Below the pieces are notes generated by a model that worked only from the letters and a program-made list of their open reading frames with translations, ran no database searches and was not told the DNA's origin. From Treponemataceae bacterium (GTDB lineage: Bacteria > Spirochaetota > Spirochaetia > Treponematales > Treponemataceae), in assembly GCA_051651645.1 (NCBI GenBank), contig JBOFSR010000016.1, positions 1 through 56,993 of the forward strand: 56,993 nt of DNA, written 5' to 3'. Positions 25,319-34,061 of this stretch are shown here, piece by piece. Position 1 is the first letter of the stretch, and the number at the start of each line of letters is the position of its first letter. Made by a program: the position numbers and the translations under genes.

Positions 25319-28179
25319 TTATTTGTTTGCTTCCAGTTTTTTTCATCCCACATATCTCCTTCAACCTCGTATGTTGTGTATAAGTATTTTTTTCGAGGAT
25401 GACGGGGAAAGCTAGCGTGAACAGAAGATAAATGTTGTCGAATATCTTTATTTGGGACATCTTCTTGTTCAAAAATATCTTTTTTTATTAGATAATAAGC
25501 ATCAGCACTTGTCATTGGATCAGTATTTATATCGAATGATTTTATTGAATTAAAATCCTTAAAAAAAAGAATAGAAAAAGGTTTACCTGGTACGTTAAGA
25601 GGAAAATCATACCCTGCTATTTTTTCTGCAATTCCATCATGATCTGAAGCAATTACAATTTTTGTGTTATCATAAATACCATTATTTTTGAGCCAATCAA
25701 TATATTCTGCAAGATATTTCATTATGTGTTCTGCTGTATAAAGTTGAAGCTGCTCTTGGTCTGTAGTAACCAGTTCATTTTCTTTTAGATTCCAAGGAAA
25801 GTGAGAAAGCATACTATAAAAAAATTTAAAAGTCTGTTTTTCTGCATTTATATTTGCAAATTCGGTATTCATTTTTAGCATGGCAAGATCTTTATACGTG
25901 GTATTATTGGTGTTAATACTTTTTGCACTTCCAAGCCACGTTCCATTTTGATAAATATAAGATCGTAAAAAATGTGGTACAATATTGAAAAGAGAGACTG
26001 ATAAAAAAAAGGGATGATATTTGAGTATTTTTGATTGCTCATTACTGGAACTGAAATCCTTGTAAAAAGATGAGAGTTTAGGGTTTAGGTTAAGTAAAAG
26101 CACATTTTTTTTATCTTTGATTTTGCTATAAAAATAGTTGCTACCCATAAAAGCACCTTGATCAGGATAGTTAAGTGCAACTGAAAAACCTTTTTTGGAG
26201 AATAGGTTAGGCAGTTGAGTGAATGCGTTATTTACTTCGGTGCGAAGAGATTTATTTTTTTTATTTATATTTTGTGGTGTATAATCATATCCACCATATA
26301 TTGAAGGTAATGACAGAACAGTGTTTTCTCCAATTGAAGTTGTGTTTTTATACCATGTAAAACCAGTAAATTTTTCTTTAAGTTCTGGATTTCGATCAAA
26401 AACAACAGGAATATCACGGCTATCAAACATATCAAAAATAAAATACACAATATTCTCTTTTGTTGGATGATACGCAAAGAAGTCGTGGATCTTTTTTTCA
26501 TCATTATTAAGTTGCTCTTGAAGAGCTTTGTCTTGATTAGTGATTACTAGTATGTTAAAGAAAGTAAGAAAAGACAGCGATATAAATAAAATTGATAATC
26601 CTGAAAAAACAAACTGAGTTAATCTGAAGTAAAAAATAGTTGTAAAAAAAATGCTTACAGTAAAAAAAATAAAAATATCGTTTATAAAAGCATTTGGCGA
26701 AAAAAAGTAATTTGTATTTGAAAGAAGAGTAAAATCTAAGGTTCCATAATTCCCTTTGAATATGAATAAGCAAGTTAGGAAAAATATTAAGACTGTGAAT
26801 AAAATAAAGGTCGTTATATTACGAATGAAAGTGCTAGAAAGTTGCCATAATAAGCATATGCACGTAAGGCCTATTATTGCAAAGGGGAAAATTTTTGAGC
26901 AAATTGCCAAAATAGATTCATCAAAATATGAAGGATCAGATTTGTATATAGTTACTGTAGTAAAGAAAAAAAATAAAATGGTCAATAATCCTGTGGTAAG
27001 GAAAAAAGTTTGTGTTGATTTGTTTTGAAAAAAAGATTGGAGAAACTTGTTGAGTTGCTGCTTTCGAAAGATAAAAAATACTGTTGAAAACAGGCCAAAA
27101 AAAATATAAATATATAGAAAAAGGTGGGTAGTTGTTAAAAAAAGAATGCTACGCGTTTCAATTAAATGAATATAAATTATTGCTACAGGGATCCATAAAA
27201 AAAGCAAATATCCTATTTGTATGATTGTTTTTGAAATATTTTGGTTGTTTTTTAAAATAAAAATTAATGATGTAATAATGATTGCAAGTATAAGTGCGAT
27301 AAAAATGCTATCTGGCATGACTACCGATGTTGAAGCTTTTCCCCAGTCGGTAAGGGATTGCTTTAGTAAAAAGGCTGACAAAAAAACTGTGTAAAGGCAG
27401 GTTAATCCACCACTAATTAGAATGATTTTAATGATTTTTTCAGCGATTAAAGGCAGTTTAAAAGGCAGATTTAATATCTTCGTAAGATTCTTTTTTCTAT
27501 CGATGGATTTAATTTCTTTTTCACCTAATTTTACTCTAACAATTAAATTCTGTACAAAAAAGATGAGATTATTTGTTGTCCAAAAGAAGAGTAAGGCACT
27601 GGGGGCGGAATACAAAAGCCATAAAAATCCACCTGCGATGATAAAGGCTTGAGTGCGGTCTTTTATGCTTAGCTTTGGGATGATGAGCGTGGTACAAATA
27701 TTTATTGCCGTCATTAAAAAGGGCAAAAAGTTTACTCCCCCGAGCAAACCATCAGGCTTGCTTAAATCGCTGGTAAATAGAAAGCTTTGTCCTTTAAGGG
27801 CTGTGAAGTTGCTAATCATATAGTAGGCACCGAGCAAGAAGGGGAGTTGCAAAATCACGCCAAAGGCACTGCGAATAGCTAAAAATGGATGGTATCGATA
27901 TTTTTTATACAGATTACTCGTTCGTAGTTGTCGTTTTGAGCCGTCGGTTTCTTCGGCTTTGATTTTGTCAAGCTTTGGTTTGATCAGGGCAGAGAGTTGT
28001 TTTTCTTTATGCTGAGCTTTTACGGCAAGTCGTCCAAGTGGAAGATAGCCAATCGCTGCAAGGCACGAAAGTACAATCAGACCAACGCCGTAATTGCCTG
28101 TAATTGTGTAGCATAGGCTGTAAACAAAATGATATATCAATTCCAACGGATAAATAAACATTGCGTATAACGGATTCAT
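25315..28179 (-). CDS. Fusion protein, copy C: YidC/Oxa1-like 5-TM core + polytopic region + LtaS/EptA-like alkaline-phosphatase-superfamily ectodomain
   Basis: 954 aa. Residues 1-215 align by eye to the YidC core (GNYG...YLPL, QLPFLLGAYYMI, DLSKPD, PSALLFFWTTNNLIFFVQN). Residues ~235-545 contain about 9 hydrophobic segments. The C-terminal domain carries IFDMFDS, the T620 motif NTVLSLPSIYGGY and ASDHDG (25633..25650). Confidence 0.8.
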   Translation of the reverse strand: MNPLYAMFIYPLELIYHFVYSLCYTITGNYGVGLIVLSCLAAIGYLPLGRLAVKAQHKEKQLSALIKPKLDKIKAEETDGSKRQLRTSNLYKKYRYHPFLAIRSAFGVILQLPFLLGAYYMISNFTALKGQSFLFTSDLSKPDGLLGGVNFLPFLMTAINICTTLIIPKLSIKDRTQAFIIAGGFLWLLYSAPSALLFFWTTNNLIFFVQNLIVRVKLGEKEIKSIDRKKNLTKILNLPFKLPLIAEKIIKIILISGGLTCLYTVFLSAFLLKQSLTDWGKASTSVVMPDSIFIALILAIIITSLIFILKNNQNISKTIIQIGYLLFLWIPVAIIYIHLIETRSILFLTTTHLFLYIYIFFGLFSTVFFIFRKQQLNKFLQSFFQNKSTQTFFLTTGLLTILFFFFTTVTIYKSDPSYFDESILAICSKIFPFAIIGLTCICLLWQLSSTFIRNITTFILFTVLIFFLTCLFIFKGNYGTLDFTLLSNTNYFFSPNAFINDIFIFFTVSIFFTTIFYFRLTQFVFSGLSILFISLSFLTFFNILVITNQDKALQEQLNNDEKKIHDFFAYHPTKENIVYFIFDMFDSRDIPVVFDRNPELKEKFTGFTWYKNTTSIGENTVLSLPSIYGGYDYTPQNINKKNKSLRTEVNNAFTQLPNLFSKKGFSVALNYPDQGAFMGSNYFYSKIKDKKNVLLLNLNPKLSSFYKDFSSSNEQSKILKYHPFFLSVSLFNIVPHFLRSYIYQNGTWLGSAKSINTNNTTYKDLAMLKMNTEFANINAEKQTFKFFYSMLSHFPWNLKENELVTTDQEQLQLYTAEHIMKYLAEYIDWLKNNGIYDNTKIVIASDHDGIAEKIAGYDFPLNVPGKPFSILFFKDFNSIKSFDINTDPMTSADAYYLIKKDIFEQEDVPNKDIRQHLSSVHASFPRHPRKKYLYTTYEVEGDMWDEKNWKQTNK

Positions 28180-28220
28180 AACCTAAGACTACCAGCATTA
28201 CTAAAAAAAATCAATGAGTT
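27516..28220 (-). repeat. Conserved head repeat, copy C (promoter + first ~220 codons)
   Basis: About 0.7 kb, nearly identical at nucleotide level to 30456..31161 and 33411..34096. Confidence 0.85.
28186..28214 (-). promoter_or_regulatory. Putative promoter of copy C with leaderless geometry
   Basis: On the minus strand TTGATT, 17 nt (starting with a T-run), TAGTCT, 6 nt, ATG. The same geometry is present in all three copies. Confidence 0.35.
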
Positions 28221-28234
28221 GTCATAAAGCGAAA

Positions 28235-31120
28235 TCACTTCACTTCTTCAACTAATTTCCAATTTTCTTTGGTGAACATGGTGCCTTCAACCTCATATGA
28301 TTTACAATAAGTATTTCCTTGCGTGTGATTTTTGAAATTCCAATCACATAAAAAATGTTGTCGTTTTTCTTTTGAGTTATTGTTGTCCGAAAAAAAATCT
28401 TTTCGTGCCAAGTAATAGGTATCAGCATTTGTCATTAATTCTTGAGAAATTTTTAATTTTCCCAGTTCCTTAAAATCTTTTACCAGAAGTAGAGCATGTG
28501 GCCTTCCTTGAATAGGGCTTTGACTAAAGGTTGTTAATTCTTGGGGGATTTCGTTCCAAAATGTTTTTAATAGCATTTGACTGTCAAAGGAACAATGATC
28601 AGAGGCAATTATTATTCGAGTATTGTCATAAATATTTAAATTTTTTAAGTCTTCAATATAATTAATCATCATATGTAAAATATGCTCTTCGGTAAATAAG
28701 TGTTCAGGGACAATTCCGTTAATCCGCACTTCTTGTCCTTTTGTTTGAGGATAAGGATCTTTGACAATTTTTAAATTATTTTCTTCTAAATGCCAGCTGA
28801 TGTGAGAAAGTTCATTATAGTGAATTTTTAGAGTTGGTGTTTTTGCTGAATCAATTAATTTTTCTTGAAATAGTTTAAATTTTGCAATATTGACAGCTGT
28901 AGTAACGTTTGATACAGCTGATTTAACTAAATCAAGCCAATTTCCATTGTCATATATAAAATAGCGTATTATATGTGGTGTAATGTTGAATAATGAAAGA
29001 ATAAGAAAATATGATTCAAGCTTTTGGGAAAAACTTGTTGATTGAATATAATCTTGGTAAAATGATGAATAAATGGGATTAACTTCTGCTAATAAGATAT
29101 TTTCTTTGTTTTTTATATTTTTATAAAAAAATTCTACCCCCATAAAGTCAGAGGGATTATTTAGTGATACAAAAAAACCTTTTTCTGCAAAGCTTTCGGG
29201 CAATTTTGTATAAGACTGATTTGCTTCCTCAAAAATATTGCCTCGCTCAAGCATTTTGTTATGCGTGTAGTCATACCCAGCGTACATAGAGGGTGCACTT
29301 GATAGAGTTGCTTGACTGGCGGCAAGGGTATCAGGATACCACGTAAAACCATCTAAGCCATCCCAAAAGTTTGGGTTTCTCTCCAATAACTGCTCCATGT
29401 GTCCGCCAGTAAACATATCAAAAATAAAAATGAGAATATTGGGTTCTGTTTTGCTTAATCCGTAATATTGATCAAAGTTGATATCGTTACTCGACGTAAA
29501 ATTTTGGCTTATATTATCTTTTTTTATACCCTTTATTATAGAGTATGTAGTCATGAAGCTTATAGAGACAAAAAAGAATATGAAAACTAAAATTATCTTA
29601 TCAATAATTTTATGGAAAAGCGAATAAATGACTATAATCCATGCAATGGAAAAACAGAGCACATCAAATAAAATATTTTTTGGAATATAAAACTTAGGGT
29701 TTGACAAAAGTATTAAATCCAATGCCCCATAGTTCCCTTTAAAAACAAAGAAATATAATAAGGACGTTGTTGTTACAAAAAAGAATATTGTTAAAAAACA
29801 GTATTTTGCAAGCGGCGGTAAAATAACATATAAGCCGATTAAAAAAAACAAAAAACATACCAAAAAAGGAAGGATTTTTGCAAGAGCAGAAAAAATGCTG
29901 TAGGAAAAATAGCTTGAATCTGACTCGTATAATAACGCAATGTTATAAACAAAAAAAATTGTGATAAAAACAAGCAGGCATGAAATGAATAATTGGTGAG
30001 ATGTTTTTTTGAAAATATCTGTTAATTTGATTTTTAGTTTTTCTAAATCTTGTGTTAATAAAAAAATTAAAGCATTAGTGATAAAAAGTATTGAATAAAA
30101 AAGAAAATTCCAACGACGAAATATAAAAAGACGATTTGTTTTGATAATAAAAATACATAAAAATAAGGCTGGAAGTAATATTAAAAATATTTTAAGTGAC
30201 TTGTGTAGTTGAAGCTTTAAACTTGGATTATTTTTTCGTATTTTTGAAATAGCGTAAGTTATAATCCATACAGAAAATAATAAAATAATAAAATCAGGAA
30301 TAAGAGGGAGGTATCCAAAATCGAAATTATCGCGTTGAAAATAGAAAAAACTTTTTAGTGTTAAAACAAGTATATATATAGAATAAAAAAGAATTCCAAT
30401 TAAAATAGTTTTAATCCCTTGTGTTTGGACAAGCTTAAATTGATAAAAAGAAGACTCTTTTTCACCTAATTTTATTCTAGTAATCAAATTCTGTACCAAA
30501 AAGATGAGATTGTTTGTTGTCCAAAAGAATAGTAAAGCACTGGGGGCAGAATATAAAAGCCATAAAAATCCGCCTGCAATGATAAAGGCTTGGGTGCGGT
30601 CTTTTATGCTTAGTTTTGGGGTGATGAGCGTCGTGCAAATATTTATTGCCGTCATCAAAAAGGGCAAAAAGTTTACGCCCCCTAATAATCCATCAGGCTT
30701 GCTTAAATCGCTGATGAATAGAAAATTTTGTCCCTCAAGGGCTGTAAAGTTGCTAATCATATAGTAGGCTCCGAGCAAGAAGGGGAGCTGCAAAATCACA
30801 CCAAAGGCACTGCGGATAGCTAAAAATGGATGATAGCGATATTTTTTATATAGATTGCTCGTTCGTAATTGTCGCTTTGAGCCGTCGGTTTCTTCGGTTT
30901 TGATTTTGTCAAGCTTTGGTTTGAGTAAGGCGGAGAGTTGTTTTTCTTTGTGTTGAGCTTTTACGGCAAGCCGGCCAAGAGGAAGATAGCCAATCGCTGC
31001 AAGGCAAGAAAGGACAATCAGCCCAACGCCGTAATTGCCTGTAATTGTGTAGCATAGGCTGTAAATAAAATGGTATATCAATTCCAACGGATAAATAAAC
31101 ATTGCGTATAACGGATTCAT
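28235..31120 (-). CDS. Fusion protein, copy B: YidC/Oxa1-like core + polytopic region + LtaS/EptA-like ectodomain
   Basis: 961 aa with the same architecture. The ectodomain motifs are IFDMFTGGH, ATLSSAPSMYAGY and ASDHCS. Confidence 0.8.
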   Translation of the reverse strand: MNPLYAMFIYPLELIYHFIYSLCYTITGNYGVGLIVLSCLAAIGYLPLGRLAVKAQHKEKQLSALLKPKLDKIKTEETDGSKRQLRTSNLYKKYRYHPFLAIRSAFGVILQLPFLLGAYYMISNFTALEGQNFLFISDLSKPDGLLGGVNFLPFLMTAINICTTLITPKLSIKDRTQAFIIAGGFLWLLYSAPSALLFFWTTNNLIFLVQNLITRIKLGEKESSFYQFKLVQTQGIKTILIGILFYSIYILVLTLKSFFYFQRDNFDFGYLPLIPDFIILLFSVWIITYAISKIRKNNPSLKLQLHKSLKIFLILLPALFLCIFIIKTNRLFIFRRWNFLFYSILFITNALIFLLTQDLEKLKIKLTDIFKKTSHQLFISCLLVFITIFFVYNIALLYESDSSYFSYSIFSALAKILPFLVCFLFFLIGLYVILPPLAKYCFLTIFFFVTTTSLLYFFVFKGNYGALDLILLSNPKFYIPKNILFDVLCFSIAWIIVIYSLFHKIIDKIILVFIFFFVSISFMTTYSIIKGIKKDNISQNFTSSNDINFDQYYGLSKTEPNILIFIFDMFTGGHMEQLLERNPNFWDGLDGFTWYPDTLAASQATLSSAPSMYAGYDYTHNKMLERGNIFEEANQSYTKLPESFAEKGFFVSLNNPSDFMGVEFFYKNIKNKENILLAEVNPIYSSFYQDYIQSTSFSQKLESYFLILSLFNITPHIIRYFIYDNGNWLDLVKSAVSNVTTAVNIAKFKLFQEKLIDSAKTPTLKIHYNELSHISWHLEENNLKIVKDPYPQTKGQEVRINGIVPEHLFTEEHILHMMINYIEDLKNLNIYDNTRIIIASDHCSFDSQMLLKTFWNEIPQELTTFSQSPIQGRPHALLLVKDFKELGKLKISQELMTNADTYYLARKDFFSDNNNSKEKRQHFLCDWNFKNHTQGNTYCKSYEVEGTMFTKENWKLVEEVK

Positions 31121-31161
31121 AACGTAAGACTACCAGTATTGCTAAAAAAAATCAATGAGTT
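30456..31161 (-). repeat. Conserved head repeat, copy B
   Basis: Nearly identical to the copy C and copy A heads. Its upstream end overlaps the last codons of copy A. Confidence 0.85.
31127..31155 (-). promoter_or_regulatory. Putative promoter of copy B (leaderless geometry), overlapping the 3' end of copy A
   Basis: TTGATT (31155..31150), 17 nt, TAGTCT (31132..31127), TACGTT, ATG. No AGG or GGAG lies upstream of the ATG. Confidence 0.35.
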
Positions 31162-34061
31162 TTCTTTTTGATACCCTCACTTAAATCCCAGTTTTTTAAA
31201 TTAAACATTGAGCCTTTTACTGCAAACTTTTGATATGAAAATTTTTTTTCATTCCTGCTTGGGGCAATGGTATCTGCGACATAGTGATAGCGGATAGAAT
31301 TATCTTGTTTCTGTTCGGGAAAAATATCTTTTTGAGCCAAGTAATATGTATCTGCTGTTGTCATTAGGTCAGTAGAAATTTCTAATTTACCTTGCGTATT
31401 AAAATCCTTAAATAGTAGAAGCCCATGTGGACGGCCAGGATATACTTGCTCCGTATACAGCTCAGCTACAGGGCTTATATTTCCGCCAAGTTTTTTTTGT
31501 AACATTACACTATCTGCCCAGCAGTGGTCAGAAGTAATAATGATCTTTGTATTATTATAAACGCCAAGCTGTTTTAGTTTTTCAATATATTCTACTGCAA
31601 AGTTTATTATATGCTCTTCTGTATAAAGATGTGATGGCACAATACCATTTATGGTTGTCCAGTCACTCGTTTTTGTAGGATTTTGTACAATTTTTAACTC
31701 TTTTTCTTTCAAATAGAAAGGAACATGGGATAATTCATTATAATGAATTTTTAGAGTTGGCTTTTGTCTTGTTGTGTTAGCTTGCTCTGCAAACATTTTT
31801 ATGGAAGATATTTTTTGTAGTGTTTGAGTGATTGTATTTACATCTTTTGTGATACCAAGCCATTTTCCTTGATTGTATAAATAATGCTTCATTGTATGTG
31901 GTATTATGCTGAATGCTGAGGTCGTTAAAAACAAAGCCGTTGAATTATTACTAATAGTTTCCATAAACAGATATTCTTTGTAAAACTGAGATAAAGATAT
32001 ATCAGGATCTAGCAGCAAAACATTATCTGGTTTAGCAATTTTTTTGTAGAAAAAAGCATCGTCTAAAAAATATGCAGGCGTGTTGAGAGTAACTTCAAAA
32101 TCTATGTCGCTAAATTGATTAGGGAGCTCTGTATATGCGGCATTGATTTCCTTTATGAGAAAATTTTTTCGGCTGTTTATAGCTTCTGGAGTATAATTAT
32201 ATCCACCATAGATAGATGGAAGACTTGTTGCTGTATATTGACTCAGTGCAACGGTATCAGGATACCACGTAAAACCATCTAAGTCATTCCAAAAGTTTGA
32301 GTTTCTCTCTAGCAGTTCTTCCATGTGTCCGCCAGTAAACATGTCAAAAATAAAAATGATTACATTTGGTTCTGTTTTACTAAGTCCATAATACTGTTCG
32401 AGCAATTTCTCTGTTTGTTCATCTGTGACGACTTCTGTTGTTGGAGTGGTTTTCTTTTTTTGCGGTATGCTTACAAACGTCGTTATGACAATCGTTGCTA
32501 CAAGAAATAAAAGAGCTGCATTGTTATATTTTTCTATCATCTTATATTTGTAAAGCAGTACAAGAGTAGTACTTGCTATAAAAAAAGCAATCATATCCAT
32601 TGCAAACTGATTAAGTGTAAAAAATACAGGATTTGATAAGAGGTTTAAATCTAATGCACCATAATTTCCCTTAAAAATAAAGAGATTAAGTAAGCTCAAA
32701 AAAAGGCTAAAAATAACCACGCTAGTTGTAATATATTTCCAGTACTGATTAAGAAAATAATAAATTAAAGTGATGCATCCAAAACACACGAGTGCTAGGG
32801 GGAATATTTTACTGTATGCGGTAAAAAGACTATCGGTAAAGTAGCTTGCATCAGATTTATAAAACATCGCAACATGATAAAAAAAGAATAGAATAAAAAG
32901 TATTGCAAGGCTCGTAAAAAAAGGTTTATGTGTTTTTTTGTGAAAAATAGTATTAAAAAAGGCTGTTATTTTTTTTGTATCAATTGAAATAAGAATGAGA
33001 AAAAAATTTGTCAAAAAAATAAGTGTATAAAGCCCATAGTTTATTGCACCCATGAGTAACAATTTATCATTTTTTACAAGGTGTCTAAAAAAGTAGAAGC
33101 TTGGAGTCCACAGCATCAAGACGGATATAATTTTAACGCTTGCAAAAAAAATCTTATTATGTGATTTTGTTTGTATAATAATTTTCCAAACTGCCCAAAA
33201 GGTTATGCAAATAGATATATAAGCTAAGGCGATTTCGATAGATAGGTTAAGTATAAAAGGCTTTAATACGATTTCTTTGAGCTCCATGTATTTTTTTATA
33301 TAAATAAATGTTGTATACAATCCGTAAATAGACGTAGTCGCTAAAATTGCTTGATTCCATCGTGAGAGTGTTAATTTAACTGGGGGCGTTGTAGGCTCGT
33401 TGTTTTTAGTTTTTATTCTAGCAATTAAATTTTGTACTAAAAAGATGAGATTATTTGTTGTCCAAAAAAATAGTAAGGCACTGGGGGCGGAATACAAAAG
33501 CCACAAAAATCCTCCTGCGATGATAAAGGCTTGTGTGCGGTCTTTTATGCTTAGTTTTGGGGTGGTGAGCGTGGTACAAATATTTATTGCCGTCATTAAA
33601 AACGGTAAAAAGTTTACGCCTCCTAATAATCCATCAGGCTTGTTTAAATCGCTGATGAACAGAAAGCTTTGTCCCTCAAGGGCAGTAAAGTTGCTAATCA
33701 TATAGTAGGCACCGAGTAAGAAGGGGAGTTGTAAAATCACGCCAAAGGCACTACGGATAGCTAAAAATGGATGATAACGATATTTTTTGTATAGATTGCT
33801 CGTTCGTAATTGCCGTTTTGAGCCGTCGGTTTCTTCGGCTTTGATTTTGTCAAGCTTTGGTTTGAGTAAGGCCGAGAGTTGTTTTTCTTTGTGCTGAGCT
33901 TTTAAGGCAAGTCGTCCTAGCGGAAGATAGCCAATTGCGGCAAGGCACGAAAGTACAATCAGACCAACGCCGTAATTGCCTGTAATTGTGTAGCATAGGC
34001 TGTAAACAAAATGATAAACCAATTCCAACGGATAAATAAACATTGCGTATAACGGATTCAT
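31152..34061 (-). CDS. Fusion protein, copy A: YidC/Oxa1-like core + polytopic region + LtaS/EptA-like ectodomain
   Basis: 969 aa with the same architecture. The ectodomain motifs are IFDMFTGGH, YTATSLPSIYGGY and TSDHCW. Confidence 0.8.
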   Translation of the reverse strand: MNPLYAMFIYPLELVYHFVYSLCYTITGNYGVGLIVLSCLAAIGYLPLGRLALKAQHKEKQLSALLKPKLDKIKAEETDGSKRQLRTSNLYKKYRYHPFLAIRSAFGVILQLPFLLGAYYMISNFTALEGQSFLFISDLNKPDGLLGGVNFLPFLMTAINICTTLTTPKLSIKDRTQAFIIAGGFLWLLYSAPSALLFFWTTNNLIFLVQNLIARIKTKNNEPTTPPVKLTLSRWNQAILATTSIYGLYTTFIYIKKYMELKEIVLKPFILNLSIEIALAYISICITFWAVWKIIIQTKSHNKIFFASVKIISVLMLWTPSFYFFRHLVKNDKLLLMGAINYGLYTLIFLTNFFLILISIDTKKITAFFNTIFHKKTHKPFFTSLAILFILFFFYHVAMFYKSDASYFTDSLFTAYSKIFPLALVCFGCITLIYYFLNQYWKYITTSVVIFSLFLSLLNLFIFKGNYGALDLNLLSNPVFFTLNQFAMDMIAFFIASTTLVLLYKYKMIEKYNNAALLFLVATIVITTFVSIPQKKKTTPTTEVVTDEQTEKLLEQYYGLSKTEPNVIIFIFDMFTGGHMEELLERNSNFWNDLDGFTWYPDTVALSQYTATSLPSIYGGYNYTPEAINSRKNFLIKEINAAYTELPNQFSDIDFEVTLNTPAYFLDDAFFYKKIAKPDNVLLLDPDISLSQFYKEYLFMETISNNSTALFLTTSAFSIIPHTMKHYLYNQGKWLGITKDVNTITQTLQKISSIKMFAEQANTTRQKPTLKIHYNELSHVPFYLKEKELKIVQNPTKTSDWTTINGIVPSHLYTEEHIINFAVEYIEKLKQLGVYNNTKIIITSDHCWADSVMLQKKLGGNISPVAELYTEQVYPGRPHGLLLFKDFNTQGKLEISTDLMTTADTYYLAQKDIFPEQKQDNSIRYHYVADTIAPSRNEKKFSYQKFAVKGSMFNLKNWDLSEGIKKKTH

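Noticed and set aside
27422-27652. Plus-strand ORFs antisense to the conserved heads (27422-27652, 30504-30764, 33400-33705) that share the peptide MRLFVVQK.SKALGAEYKSHKNPPAMIKA
   Set aside because: Their conservation is a by-product of the near-identical nucleotide sequence of the three head repeats. They have no RBS and lie fully inside well-supported minus-strand genes.
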